NCBI RefSeq assembly: GCF_009914755.1
Contig: NC_060928.1
From: the human T2T-CHM13v2.0 reference genome, Homo sapiens
DNA: 64,000 bases
Direction: 5' to 3' (one strand)
Position numbers and translations under genes: made by a program. The notes below the pieces were generated by a model. That model worked only from the letters and a program-made list of their open reading frames with translations. It ran no database searches and was not told the origin of the DNA. This document shows, in pieces, positions 1 to 15,809 of this stretch (position 1 is its first letter; each line of letters begins with the position of its first letter).

Positions 1-1509
1 CTTATGAAGGACCTCAAGATCAAATTCATGTCGTACTCTTGGAATTGAATTCTGACAGGGGGACTGAGAGTTTTTTGTCCTCTAAGCCTTCATTCTAAGA
101 CAGATGACACCAATGTAGGTAGTTATTCAGAATAATGGACTCAGGAATTTAATAAGGGTGTTGTTTAAAACGCAAATATCACCAACCAGTGGTAAAGCAA
201 ACACATTCTATGTGAATGAGTACAGCCCACTGATTGACATTCAAGATCCATTGGAAAAATCAGGAGACACAAGAGTGGGAAGAGTGCAGATTGGAGCAGC
301 TATCCAAAAATACAGAAGGCCAGAAGGTGGTGAGAAAAATGTCAGACAACAGATTGTGGAGAAAAATAAACAAGCCAAGAAAAGTCCTATTTGGCCTTAA
401 GAGGCAGATGGTGACAGGAAGTGTTCAGTGAGGAGTGATTGTGCTGAAAATCACAAAGTCTATAAAATTATCCATCTGTAGTTTGAGGTTTTTGGGGAAA
501 ATTAAAACTCTTTGCTAGCATTACAGGGAAGGGTGATAGCACACAAACAGAATATTAAGTAAGTGTGTATTTGTGTCAGGATAATAGAAATGAGAGATGC
601 GTTATTCCATTAGAATAGAAGTTTTGTTTACTTAGAGATTGTGACCAAAATTATAAAACGTGTTTTGTTTTGCATAAAAGCAGTTGAACTTGTATTAAAT
701 CTGTTCTTTCCACATTTTTGATGTAAGAAAGAATTCTCCCAAGAATGTTAATAGGTTGCTAAGGTAGCAATGATAATTTTCTAACTGAAGGAATGTACTA
801 AACATTTTTTTCCATTAGAGAGTTTTTTTGGAATGGGATATAGAAAATGACAAATCACAATGCTAACTTTAAAGCAAAGAATTTTAATTTGAAAGTTGAG
901 AAAATATAGCAGGGAAAACTAATCATTTGGAATAGTATGAGATAATTTGAAAAAAATATTATAAATATTTTAAGATAGATGTGGTTGAACATTTAGAATT
1001 GGGAATCATTTTTTGATAGTTTGGGACCTAGTTTTCTGTGCTTAAATTTTAATTCAGTACTACTTACTCCATGGTCTTCTGGTGGTGTGCAACTTGAGGA
1101 ATCAAATAAGCCAGGGTTTTTACAACTCTTTTCTAGGTCATTAAAGCATTTCTGCTATGTGCCTGAATATGTCTTTGATTTCATGCATAAGAAATATTAG
1201 ATGCTTCATTCTCCTTCTTTAGAAGAAATACTAACTGAATATGTTGGATTCTTCTCTATTTTTATTGTTTCTCTCTTAGATTTTTAACCACAGTTGCTCA
1301 AGTCTAAGTTTTGTATTTTAAGTTTAGACGTGTAAAGTAAAAGGCTGGGAGCTGAGTGTGTGGTGATGCTTCCTCCTTTTCCCTTGAGAACTGAAGGCAA
1401 AAAATTAAATTTATTATAAAAATTTGTTTTACTTTTAAAGATGTGATTTTCCAGACAGAGAAACAAACTCATGTATCGGTGTATTTTTTAATGAATTAGA
1501 AGCATGAAA

Positions 1510-1690
1510 TCTAGGTACTTTATGTATGTCATTTTATTTAATCCTCAAAATAATGTTTTAAAATAGTTATTATTTTCATTCTCATTTTATAATTGGGGAA
1601 ATGTAAGATCATCAAAACCAAGTTTCAGTTTCCTAAAGTCACACACCTAATAGCAGAGTCAGGATTTGAACTCAATTCCGTGTCTTTCAA
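1510..1690 (-). mobile_element. MIR SINE
   Basis: Reverse-strand MIR core: tttaatcctca...cattttat...gtcacacacctaatagcagagtcaggatttgaac. Boundaries approximate. Confidence 0.7.
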
Positions 1691-2149
1691 TGGCAGAAGG
1701 GGTTTTGCACATTAGATTACATAAGCCATTGTCCATTGACTCCTTGTCCTTTGCACTTGTCCAAGAGTGGTCCCCAGGCACAAACATGCATGTGAAGAAA
1801 GCTCCAGAGGAGATTCTGATTCAAATCTCCAGTTGGGAACTACTACATCAAACATTTCAAAAATCAATCAACCAACCAATCAACCCAGCCTTTATTGTAT
1901 GGTGGTAGTTAAAAATCTAAACTCTATTTTCTGCAAGTTGCTAGCCAATTGAACCAAACTTCTTCACTGGATAATATTTTTAAACATAGATTTAGAATGC
2001 CTTTTTTTCAAATATGAAAATAAAAGATATAATAGCTTATTTCTGTGATATATGCATACATAATTGCTTCCCACCTAATTTTTTTTTCACTTTTGTAGCC
2101 TTATATGTGTGACTGTCTTAATATCTCAAAGGGCTAGTGCTATCCTCAC

Positions 2150-3100
2150 CCTTATTCTTAGATTTTATCTCTTTAATTATTTTCTTTGCTTTGTTATTCC
2201 CACCAGTTTGTCTTCTAGAAGGTCTTCGTATCATGTTATCACTTAATAAACATTCTCTTTTTTATTCTGAGTGAAAATGCACCAAAGTATAAATCTGAGA
2301 AAAAGTGAATGTTTTATAACTTTTGTTTCTCAGAAAATTATAGCAGTTATGTTAATATTGGTGATATACTTCTCATTGTAGTCATTCCTATGCTAGCAAT
2401 ATTTTTATTGCTACTGTGGATAAATTATTTCATTATATTTTTAACTTGTTATTGTTGGAGTAAAACAACTATTTATTTTTCATATAAATATTTTGTTTTT
2501 GGCCTTTTTGCTGAACTCTGAATTCTAATGGCTGTCCAGTTTGTTTATTTATTTCTTTATTTCATCATCTCCATTTTACAGGTGATGTCTAGTTTATTTT
2601 TTCTGTTTTTTTCTGAGTGTACTATATAAATTGTATACAGTGTTGGTACTTTATATTTTTAAGTTTATATATCGTAATTTATTCCTATGCATAATTGAAT
2701 AGTAGAGAATTTCTAGTATACTGTTACATAGTATGTCTTTTCCCTGATTTTAATGGGAATGGCATTTCTGTGCTCATATGCATATTCAAGCATTCAAATA
2801 ATCATTCTTCTGAAGTTGCAGATTAGGTACTTTAAGCATTTGGAATAATTAGTTTTTATTAAATGTCATTTTGATTTAAGATAATTTTTTATTTATAGGA
2901 TACTAAAAGTAAACTTTGGAGCAGATTTTTAAAACACACATTTCTATTTTCTGACATTTTACTTAGGTTTTCATATGTATATTCATAAAGGAAATTGGCC
3001 CGTACTTCTCTATTTTATATAATTTTTATCACACTTAGAATTAGAGTTGTAATTTATTTTCAGGAAATAATTTCATTATGATCTACATATTTGTTAATGT
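2150..3100 (-). mobile_element. Highly degraded L1M-type LINE fragments
   Basis: T-rich sequence with antisense L1 motifs such as ccctgattttaatgggaat. Boundaries approximate. Confidence 0.45.
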
Positions 3101-4545
3101 CGTGAGAAATAGCTCAATTTGGGCCTGCATTGTAGTGGAAAATTATACTTCTTAAAGCTCTGCCTGATTATTAGTTACTTCCTTTTAACTGCCTAAGGCT
3201 GATCCAATAGCAAGACACAAACCTACTGAGTGTGCAGTAGTAAATTTCTCATTTTCTATAGTAGGATTTGGAGTCTTCGCTGCTGTGCTCTATAGGTTAA
3301 AAACAACACATGTATTGAAAGGTATACTTTTAGGACCTACGTGCCTGGCCATAGCCTGGCCATAGCTCCTGGTCCTCCTGTGGGCAGAGAAGGGGCCAAA
3401 TCTTAGTTGGTATCTCTTCTATGTTTGGTCAGCAAATAACCTCTGCCTCTATTCCACCTGCTGGACTTGACATTTGTAACTTTTGTCTTCTGTGTCTTGC
3501 TGACAGAGATAGGGCTCATTCCTAGATTGGTGAATTGCTTGCTCTCCTCCAAGTTGTCCAAAAAATCCCGCATATTTACCTCACAGCCCTGCATCCTTCT
3601 TGTTCTTACAGTAAGGACCTTGAAGTTTCCTTGCCACCTTCACATAGTATACCTTTTCACCCAGGAAGGGACAATTGGAGTTGTAGTTATAGAATTCTTA
3701 CTTAAAGTTTGATTTAGGCTAAACATTGTGCTCACATTTTCATCCATCTTATAATGCTACTTAATATCATATCCTGATTTAGAACACAAATTACATAAAC
3801 AGAAAGGCATATCTGGATAGCTTGTGCTCTTATATGATGTTCTTCCATTTTTAACTAATGTTAATGGTGCATAGCATTCCATTTTAATGCCTTTTTCTCT
3901 GTTGTTTCCATTGTATTGTTTTTAACCTAATTAATTATTTCTGTTTTTTAAAATAGTTTTGTAAGAAGTTAGTCTAGGTCAGCATTCTGCAAGCTGTTCT
4001 CAGAATACTAAAAAAAGGGCAAATAAGCTTGGGAAATTGTACTAAATACTCTCCTTGAGGATTCAAAGTACATATTAACATAAGAAAAGATCTGAGAAGT
4101 TTTAAAATAACAGGGAAAACTTTTGAAGTTTATTCAATGATTAAAAGAACTTAAAAATAAAGAACTTATTTGTGTAGAGGAAGGCTTTTTCTTGGCACAG
4201 TTATTAAAATTCTCTGGAATAGATTTTAATTTTTTTCTTAACACCAATTTAAGAAGTGCTAGTCTATTTCATCATTATCATTATCACTTTAAATAAAGAG
4301 CTTAGGAAATTACTTACTCAATTCATCGTTCTTTCATCTCATTTAGTATTTTTTAAATATATTTTAATTATTTTTTATCTATTTAAGGAATCTTTTCTTC
4401 TCTTTACAATAAAAAATTGTTTGGTTCATTTATTTTTATATTTAAGCAGGAAAGCAGGAAAAGAATTAAAGTTATGGCATTATCTCTGAGTAACCCTTTG
4501 AACAATCCTAAAGCTTTTTATATTTAGCAATCTCATTATTGCTAT

Positions 4546-5377
<832 letters not shown>

Positions 5378-5670
5378 CTATTTTATAAATAAACTATTTT
5401 TAATTTTCTTCTTTGATCTCATTTATTTTTTAAAAAAGCTTTATGCCTCTTTTCAAAGTTTTATTAATTCCCAGTTTCATCATATGGTTATTAGAGAATG
5501 TGATCTATAGTCTTTCTTATTTATAAATTTATAAAATTTACAAATTTTGTTTCTAAAATTTATCAAAATTTCCCTATGACAAATTATGTAATTAGCCATC
5601 GTATTTCATGTATATGCCAGAAGGCGAATTCCCTGTTGCTAGATTACCAAGATAAATATATGTTGATTCA

Positions 5671-6023
5671 TTTTATTTTATTTTATTTTTTATTATTATA
5701 CTTTAAGTTTTAGGGTACATGTGCACAATGTGCAGGTTAGTTACATATGTATACATGTGCCATGCTGGTGCGCTGCACCCACTAACTCGTCATCTAGCAT
5801 TAGGTATATCTCCCAATGCTATCCCTCCCCCCTCCCCCCACCCCACAACAGTCCTCAGAGTGTGATGTTCCCCTTCCTGTGTCCATATGTTCTCATTGTT
5901 CAATTCCCACCTATGAGTGAGAATATGCGGTGTTTGGTTTTTTGTTCTTGCGATAGTTTACTGAGAATGATGATTTCCAATTTCATCCATGTCCCTACAA
6001 AGGACATGAACTCATCATTTTTT
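5671..6023 (-). mobile_element. 5'-truncated young L1 3' end (L1PA2-like)
   Basis: Near-consensus L1 3'UTR in antisense with a poly-T tail. The diagnostic site reads GATGACGAG in sense, not the Ta ACA or pre-Ta ACG. Confidence 0.9.
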
Positions 6024-6534
6024 AAAAAAATCTCTACTGTCCTTATTATGTCCACTTGACCTGTTGTAAGCAGGTGGAGGTGGGTTGCTTTCTTCTGTAA
6101 TTGTGTTTATTTCCTACTTAGACTTCTAAAGGTTTTTGCCGTATATATTTTCTTGCTGCATTTTTTTTTTTAGTTATTTACTCACTAGATATTTTGCCTT
6201 TTCAAATTATGAAGTGGTCCTTTTACCTAAATACTGCTTAAAAAATATTAAAGTCAATTTTGCATAATTAGCTTACCTTACTTGTTTTTTATTTTGGGGT
6301 TTGTTTGATATGCATGTACATACTCTGTTTTTTTTTTTAAGTCTTTCCGTGTCATTTTATGTATATCTATCAGACATTGTAGAATTAGTTATTTTCTCAT
6401 AATGTCTTAGGCTTTTTTCTTTTGATAGGAAAATATAAATGACATATTGATTACCATAATTATCATGTTTGATCTTATTATTTTTATCTTTATTTTTTAT
6501 TACTGTTTGCTTTCTATTCTGTATTTTGCAATAA

Positions 6535-6870
<336 letters not shown>

Positions 6871-6916
6871 CATGTTTTTTACTTTGAGTTTCTGTAATGA
6901 TTTAAAAAGTAGAAAC

Positions 6917-7220
6917 TTTTTTTTTTTTTTTTTTTTGAGACAGAGTCTAGCTCTGTCGCCCAGGCTAGCATGCAGTGATGCGATCTTGGCTCACTGCAAC
7001 CTCCACCTCCCGGGTTCAAATGATTCTCCCGCCTCAGGAGAGAGTAATCCCAGAGGGATTACAGATGTGTGCCACCATGCCCAGCTAATTTTTGTATTTT
7101 TAGTAGAGATGGGGTGTCATCATGTTGGTCAGGGTGGTCTGGAACTCCTGACCTCAAGTGGTCTGCCTGCCTTGACCTCCCAAAGTGCTGAGATTACCAG
7201 CGTGAGCTACTGTGCCAGGC
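6917..7220 (-). mobile_element. AluS with an internal rearrangement
   Basis: Antisense Alu with a GAAACTT flanking repeat; atypical segment at 7037-7054. Confidence 0.9.
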
Positions 7221-7754
7221 GGAAACTTCTTTTTAATTCCACTGTTGCTTACTATAAAGATAATATAGACTTAAAACCTCTTTATTATTATGAAAATGTA
7301 AATATTATTTTAATATTTGTTGGTTTTTTGTATCTAATTAGAAGTTTTTACTCTGACTTTTAAGCTAGAATATTTTTATCTTGTTAAAAAAACATTACCA
7401 TTTCTTCTTCACTACATCTTCTAGTTTCTTGAATTAATTTCTTGAGTCTAATGAATTTATAGAACTTTGCTCAAGCAATATTTTGGACCAATATTTCCTT
7501 TATGTGCTTACAGTTAGATGACAAGGTGAAACCAGCTTTGCCTCCTTCCTGTTTAGGAAAACAGAAAATTCTACCTGCCCAGTTTTTAGTTGGATAAAAG
7601 GAGCAAAGAATAAAAAAAATAGTTTGCCAGATTTACTAGATATTGACAATAAAGTCAAATCATCCAAAGATTGATGAAAATCAAATGTTTAAAAGCAAAT
7701 ATTTCCTCAAAAAAACACTTAATTCCAATAGAGTCCTAGAAGAAGTTTTAGAAG

Positions 7755-7985
7755 TACTTCTTAAATGGGTGAGATCTTGCTACCTACGGGACATTTGGCT
7801 TGTCTGGAGACATTTTTGGTTGTCACAACTCTGGGGAGAGTAGGGATGGAAAGGCAGGGAGGAGGTGGGTGCTCCTGACATCTGGTGGAGGCCATAGATG
7901 CTGCTAAATATCCTACAGTGCACCAGGCAGCCTCTCACAACAAAGAATGATCTGGTCCCAAATATCAATTATGCCATGGTTATAC
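7755..7985. mobile_element. MER20 (hAT-Charlie DNA transposon)
   Basis: ggacatttgg...ggagacatttttggttgtcacaac...gatgctgctaaatatcctaca...caacaaagaat matches MER20. Confidence 0.85.
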
Positions 7986-8800
7986 CTGTGTAGCTTACAT
8001 GCTACCTATTGTGCCTGAATGAATTGCTTACTTAAAGACTTCAGCAATACAGTTTTCTGTATTGCTCTCTCTGTTTTGGATTTCAGGGCTCTCACAAGCT
8101 ATGATCAAGAGTCTTCAGCCAAATTAAAATAATGGATCATTTTCCCACACTGAAAAATATTCTCTAGGGGAATGTCTTTCAACTCTAGAATTTTAAGCTC
8201 TATTCTTAGTGGTTTCATATCTATAAATACTGTTCCTTCAAGAAGGATAAGAAGCAAGCTTTATTTCTGTATTTCTAAAAAGTAAAATTGAACGTTAGAT
8301 TATTGGAACAATTATTTTTACTGAATTATAGTTTAAGGTTAGCCTTTGTTATATATAATGATTTATTCTGTTTAAACAGGAAAAATGTTAAGTCCAGCCT
8401 CCAGCTATGGTGATTAAGTCATCTCAGTTGCTGTGTGACATCTACTTCTTGTTTCTTTCCTTGCTATTTAATACTTAAAGTGTGGTGCCCCACTTGTTTG
8501 CCAGGAGCAGTATCACATCAGACTCTGCTGTTAACAAGGTCCCCAGGTGATTCATATGCACATTAAAGTTCATTTTGCACCTCTTTTGGCATTGACTTTA
8601 CTTTCAGTTTCAGTGGCCTATTTTATGTAATGTAAAATTGTGTAGGCTGCCTCCAATTCTTTTAGAAGTAGGAAAAGGCAAATGTCTTTTTTGTCTGTTT
8701 GAAGTAGGCTATTTCTGGATTTATTAAAGAAATACACACGCACACTCACCGGTTTGAGAAAATTCAGAAAAGTACAAATAATTTTACACAGTTAACCCTT

Positions 8801-9368
8801 TGTTACAGTCTCACCAATACACTACAATGTAGCAGTCTCTCGTGAGGTATCAGCCAGAGTTTTTTGTCTCACAACCAAGAAAATTAAGGAGCATGGACAC
8901 AAAGGGTGAGGTTGGAGCAAAAGTTTAGTAAGTGAAAGAAGAAAGCTCTTCGAGGCAGAGAGTGGGCCTGAAAGAGAGTTGCTGTTTTTACAGTTGAATG
9001 CAAAGGCTTTTACAGGAAACTAGTGAGGGCTGGGAGTCTCATTTGCATAAGGTGCAAATTTCTGGTAGCTCCACCCCATCATCCTAGTGCACATGCAGGC
9101 CCTTAGCTTGAGTTACTCCATATTGCTTTGTTCCCTTTACTGTGCATGTGTTAGAGGACGGAATTTTCCGTTGTGGGCATATCTGGGAAGTCAGCTGTGT
9201 AGCCTTTCTTGTATGTGTGGCTGCAGGCATGTCTTAGGCAAGCCCCCCTGTGCAAAATTATCTGTGCCTGCAGCTTGATTTCTCAGGCTGTTCTTTTGCT
9301 TGAAAGAATTCAACTGAGAACCCATCCTAACTGGCTGCCTGATCAGTTTCTTCCTTTCTCTTCTCTCA
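8801..9368 (-). mobile_element. ERV1 solo LTR (MER61-like)
   Basis: TGTTACA...TCTCTCA termini with CTT(T) on both flanks; the minus strand begins TGAGAGAAGAGAAAGGAAGAAAC. Subfamily tentative. Confidence 0.7.
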
Positions 9369-10057
9369 CTTTGGCAATTACCTTTTTGTTTTTTTTCCTG
9401 TGCATATGTCTTTGTATAAATTATAGTTTTGTCCAACCTTTTTTAAACATTTTGTCATAAACATTCCCTGAACCATTTTCTATAAACATTTTCTCAACCA
9501 TTTTCTATAGGTATTTGTAGGTAATATCAATGGTTGTATAATATTCCATTTTATGGACATGGCATAATTTATTAAATCACTTTATAGGGTATAATTGCTG
9601 AATTAAAAAGAAAATTAATATGGGCATTGGGTAAGAACCTACACGTATTTTGCATTTTTTTCCTGAATATTAGATCCTCTAAAGGAGATTGTCTTCCATA
9701 GCAAGTACAGAACTCCCTATCTATGATGGTTTATCCCCCAAGGCTCTGACGGAAGTATTCCATTGTATCACTCACACAAAACAAAAGTGGATATAATACT
9801 TCTCAATATTTTCCAGTGGATCTCCTCTAGCAATAGGGAAGGGTGATTTAGAATCTCTGTGAATCTCAGGCTGTAGTCCAAAGCACCCATACATTGCACA
9901 TTTGATATTTAATTTAGATGTAATTTTCTTCTTGAAAAAAATGTGAATTTGTATTGCATTCTGTAATGTATAAATAATGTTGTTTATTACTTATGAGTGA
10001 AATGGACACTATCTTTAAGTTCTATTTCAGATTATGCATTTTTATGCTGTATTTTCA

Positions 10058-10395
10058 TCTCTCTCTCTCTCTTTCTTTCTTCTTTTATTTCTTTTTTATA
10101 GACAAGCTTTTGCTCTGTCACCCAGTCTGGAGTGGAGTTGTGAGAGCATAGCTCACTGCAGCCTCAAACTCCTAGGCTCAAGACATCCTCCTGCCTTAGC
10201 CTCCTGAGTAGCTGGGACTATATAGGCACATGCTGCTATGCCTGACTAATTTTAATTTTTTAAATGTTAATTTTTAAACTTTTTTCATTTTTTGTAGGGG
10301 TCTCACTTTGTTGACTCATCTCAAACTCCTAGGCTCAAGCAATCCTCAGCATCCCAAAGTGTTGGGATTATAGGCATGAGCCATTGTGCCTGGCT
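10058..10395 (-). mobile_element. AluJ with CT-rich tail
   Basis: Diverged antisense Alu (ctcctaggctcaag). Confidence 0.88.
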
Positions 10396-10567
10396 GTCCT
10401 GTATTTTCTTAAACTCCTTGTCAAGGTTTAATTACTCCAATATAGAAGCAACCAAAGAATTGAATTGTTGTTCAAAGAAAAAAGACTTTTCTGTAATGGG
10501 AGATAATTTTCCCTTTGACATCACAGCATAAAGACAACTTGGTCTCCCATATACATGTATTACCCAT

Positions 10568-11049
10568 GGTATTAGTTTCCTGTGGATTCCGTAACAAATT
10601 ACCACAAATTTGGCTGTTTAAAACAACAGAAATTTATCCTTTGCAATTCTAGAGACCGGAAGTTTGAAATTAGCATCACTGGACTGAAATAAAGGAGTTG
10701 TCGGGGTGCTGTTCCATCAGAGTCTCTAAGGGAGAATTCCTTCCTTTCCTCTTCCAGCTCCTGGTGGGTGCCAGCATTCCTTGACTTGTGGCTACATCAC
10801 TCCAGTTTCTGCCTTTGTGGACACATTGTATTCTCTTTTTCTGTGCTTGTAATCTCCCTCTTACAAGGATAGGTGTGATTGCATTTAGAGCTCACCCACG
10901 TAATCCAGAATAACTTCCCTATTGCAAGATCATTCATTTAATCACATCTGCAAAGGTTCTATTGTTTCTGCCATATAAGGTAACATTCACAGGTTTCAGG
11001 GATTAGGGTATGGATATCTGTTGAGAGGCCATTTTTTCAGCCTACCACA
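10568..11049 (-). mobile_element. MLT1C-like MaLR LTR
   Basis: gtattagtttcct...aacaaattaccacaaa...cagcctaccaca. Confidence 0.82.
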
Positions 11050-11094
11050 CTAATCTTTACTCTTTCTGTTAATCAATTCTGTCACTCTCCTGTC

Positions 11095-11320
11095 CTGTGT
11101 TACTTATCTATTGCCACATATTTAACTAACCCTGCAACTCAGTGGCTTAATAACAATCATCATTTGATTTTTTTCATAACTCTGTTGGTCAGCAATTTGG
11201 GTTGGGCTCAGCTGGAAAGTTCTTCGGCAAGTCTTTTCTGAATTCACTTAGAAGCTGTCTGGTTCAAGCAGGAGCTTCACTTACATCTGACTGTTGGTGC
11301 TAGTTGTCAGCCAGGCCATG
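11095..11320 (-). mobile_element. Old MLT1 LTR fragment
   Basis: tatctattgc...ctcagtggcttaa...ggtcagcaatttgggttgggctcagctgg. Confidence 0.6.
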
Positions 11321-11470
11321 TGGACTCGGAGTTATGACTCTTTGGGGGCAATTAGGTTAACAATTTTCTGTGTCTCCTATTTTTAATAATTTTGGAAATC
11401 CAAGTTTATACAAAAGCATTCTCACTTATTGGAAGAATTCTTTGCTTTTTTAAACATACTTTAAAAATTA

Positions 11471-11781
<311 letters not shown>

Positions 11782-14193
11782 TCATGTTACAAACACTTCA
11801 AGTTTATAGGAAAGATGAAATACACATATACATAATGTAAAAACAATAATAAGCAACCAAGACTGATTATAAGAAATTATGTCATTGTTTACGCTGTGCT
11901 TGTGCTTTTGGGTTTTTAAAAATGCTGTATAGATGACTAACAGGTAAGAAACATCTTATTCTTAATACCTAATCCCTAAGGAAATCATAACCTCATTTGG
12001 CATGAGGCCAGCCCTAATCATGTTGGGAGAAATTCTGCAGGTAATTGTCATGTACCTAGAGAATTTCTGATTATTTGAAAGCTGAATGGAAATATCAAAA
12101 AAAAAAATAAAAATAATGCCCTTATTATTATTGTGCTCTTTAAAACGAATTGATTGTAGTCTTTTTGAAAATCAGTTTTTAGTAGCTGCAGAAATCATAC
12201 AGCCTAGAGGTAGTTTTCATTTTTTAAAAAATATTGCTTGTAAGTAACCATATGTGGCCAAATTGATTGCATATGTTGACTCAATTTTTGGAAGAAGTAA
12301 TCTTAGTCATACGTACTACAGGACCTCCTTGTTCTCTGAGAAAAATGTCACTTTGGGAAATTTGCACAAAAAATTTTCAAAGTAGTGCAAAACAACATGT
12401 GACAAAATAACATAAAATTTTTTGAGTCGAGTTTCCAAATGTAAGTGCTTGTGTGGGATTTCAGAATGATGTTTATACATATATTCTGCAAGATCCCATT
12501 TCACTGACATTTTGAAGGTAATAGATGAAAAGTTTTATTAATTAAAATTTGAGTTTTACCATATCTGACATGAATCCCAAAAAGAAGATAATAAGGACTT
12601 TCAAAAATTTATAATATAATTGATTGTTAAAACTGTGTGGTGGTAACATATAGTTTGCCCTTCATGGTGGAATTTGAAAAAATATAAATCAATATGAAAG
12701 TAATTTTTTTATTATACTTAATATATGCCTCATAAAAGAAATGCAAAAAGAAAATTATTTAAGGATATACATTTCAGACCTACTAAAAGAGAGTGAAATT
12801 TAGGGTGACAAAGCTGTACTTCAGGAAAAGAAAAAAAATGAGACAATGATTTAAGTTAAATGTTTGGATTTAGACACCAAGGTTGAAGAATGCTGGCACA
12901 GTCCAGAGGAAATGAATGATGGAATGGGACTCTGGACAAGGCCTCTGCCACCACCTCAGTATTACTGACCTTACCTTTCCAGGAGAAGCTCTGACCTCGG
13001 TGGTTGCTCATGACCAGATTTCTGCTCTTGTCTTTTCCAATAAACTCGTCTCACCTGGATGGAGACTTTGTGATCATACCTAAGACAGTTCTTCAGCAGC
13101 CTGAGCCCCATTCCTAGGGACTTTCCAATGTGTCCTCTGCCTTTTGCCTTTCTTATCGTAGATCTCCTGATACTGACCTATAAGCTGCATTTTACTAAGG
13201 TTCAGGAGCTGTGTGGTTTGAGTTACCTTCACACCTATCACTGCCTGTGCTGGTAAGGCTTCCTGTCTTAATGTGATACCTCCGTTTTCCACTGTCCACA
13301 CGTACGTGATGCCACCTGGGTTAGCCTGGCATTTGTTTTTACATCTGCTTTCTCCCACTCCAGCTATAGGTTAGGTGTGTTAGTACAACAAAATTGATCT
13401 TGCAAAAAAGGCGAAAGGACCGGCAGAACTGACGTCCTTTTGTACATGAGAGGAAAGGAGAAAGGGAGAGAGGGCAGAAATTATGTTTAGGGCACAAACT
13501 ATGTTTAGGGCACTAGGCCAGGTAGTTTCCATATAGACTCTCACTTTATATAGCTCTCTAGGAAGCAGGTGTGAATAGCTCCCTTAAGTAAGGACACATA
13601 GTTAATAATAGGGGGAGATTTTCTGAAAAAGACCAGGCATTTTCCACCACAACTTGCTGCTTCCTGATGAGTTTGGAACATCCCCAGTGGACAGATTCTG
13701 GTTTTTTCTGTATATATTATATAATCATGGTAATTGAAATTAAGTACTGAAGAACTTTTGGAACTTTTTGGCAGAGATATCTGAAAGCTGATTTGATTTT
13801 CGTTGAAGTATGAAGACAGTAAAATATGGTAAAGTGTGATAAGGAGCCACAGAGTAATAAAAATAGCTAAATGTATGAGAAAAGATCTGAAGGGAAGGAA
13901 GAATATTAAAGGCTTTACAGAATAAAGCAGACATTCCTATGTGTGTTAATAGAGAACATAGGTAACAAGACAAGAGAGATGAGTGTAGTAGATGGGAAAA
14001 CAAAAACATCTCTTTCTTTTCCTCTTACCCCACCCTACACCCCAATTAAAAAAAAAACCCACCACCAAATGAAACAATCCATGTAAGACAAGCAATATTA
14101 AGACTATCAGTATGATGCCAGAGAAAAAGAAGGTCGGGGAAGACAAAGACACTCCCAAAACATATTTCAAGTACTCAGAAAATGAAAAGCTGA

Positions 14194-14646
<453 letters not shown>

Positions 14647-15032
14647 TGAATTAAATAATTTTTAATAAAACTTTTCAATAGTCACAACAATTTCAGAGAG
14701 TAGCGTAAGAATGTGAGTATCCTCCTTTTCCCTCAGTAATTTATATGTTTCAGACGGATTATTCATATTCATCTCAAAGTTCAGGGCCCATTCCTGATCT
14801 GCCCCCACTCTCTCTGTTCATCTTTGTTTCCATGTGGCCTAAACAGCGCAACCCGCCCCCAGCTGCTCCTACCAGAGACCTGGGAGTTATTCCAGGTGCC
14901 TCCTTATCCCTTCCTCCAGCCCTCACCAAGCACTGTCAATTCCACGTCTTCGTTGTTCTTGAATCTGTTCACTGCTTTCCACGACCTCCACCGCCAACCT
15001 AGTCCAAGCCAACAGCCTCTTTTGCCTGGATT

Positions 15033-15490
15033 TGTCCAAAGACAAAATTACAACAAATTTAGTTTAAAGCTCTCCATTGGCTTTATTGCAATTCTAGAAT
15101 CAGGTGACACTTCATCCCATAAAATAGAATAAGTGTTTCAATGACTCTAGCAGAGGAGGTTGGCTCTAGAGACAGAAAAAGGGCTGAAGAAAGAACAAAA
15201 GTGGATTGGTTATTTCAAAGTTACTTTCCTTGTTAGGCAGAGACAGGGAGACAGAGGAATAGAAAGGTAATGGATTGGTTAAGGACTAAAAGTGAGGAAC
15301 TTCATTTTCATACTTACTGGCCTGTTTGGAAAATTGGCTTTTATCTCTCTCCTGATTTCTCGGAAGGTCAGATGACTTAGTTTTAGTTTGGTGACATGGA
15401 ACTCAGAACAAGTGACTCCATTTTGATTTTTAGCCTGGTCTCTCGGAGCTCAAGGCAGGAACTTAGTCCAAAATAATGGCCTCCTATAGT
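15033..15490 (-). mobile_element. MER31-like ERV1 LTR inserted in an L2
   Basis: gacaaaattacaacaaatttagtttaaag...gtgactccatttt...tggcctcctata. Confidence 0.7.
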
Positions 15491-15571
15491 GATTACTGAA
15501 CAGACTACCACAATATCCTCTGACTTCTTTTCCTTATTATCCTCTCAGCCCCTCCAATTCATTCTCCGCAC

Positions 15572-15800
15572 CAGGTGTGGGCAAACTTTTTCTACAAAGG
15601 GCCAGAAAATAAATATTTTCAGCCCTGCCGGCCATACGGTCTCTGTCTGTGTCAACTACTCAATGCTGCCATTTATAGGAGAAAGCAGCCATAGCCAGTG
15701 CATAAAGAAACAGGCGTGGCGGCATGCAAGTAAAACCTTATTTACACAACAGACCGCAGCAGGATTTGGTGTTCTCATCACTGTTTGCTGAGAGTCCTTG
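15572..15800. mobile_element. MER58A (hAT-Charlie)
   Basis: ggcaaactttttct...aagggccaga...aaatatttt...ggccatacggtctctgt...caactactcaa...aaagcagccatag. Confidence 0.85.
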
Positions 15801-15809
15801 GTCTACACT

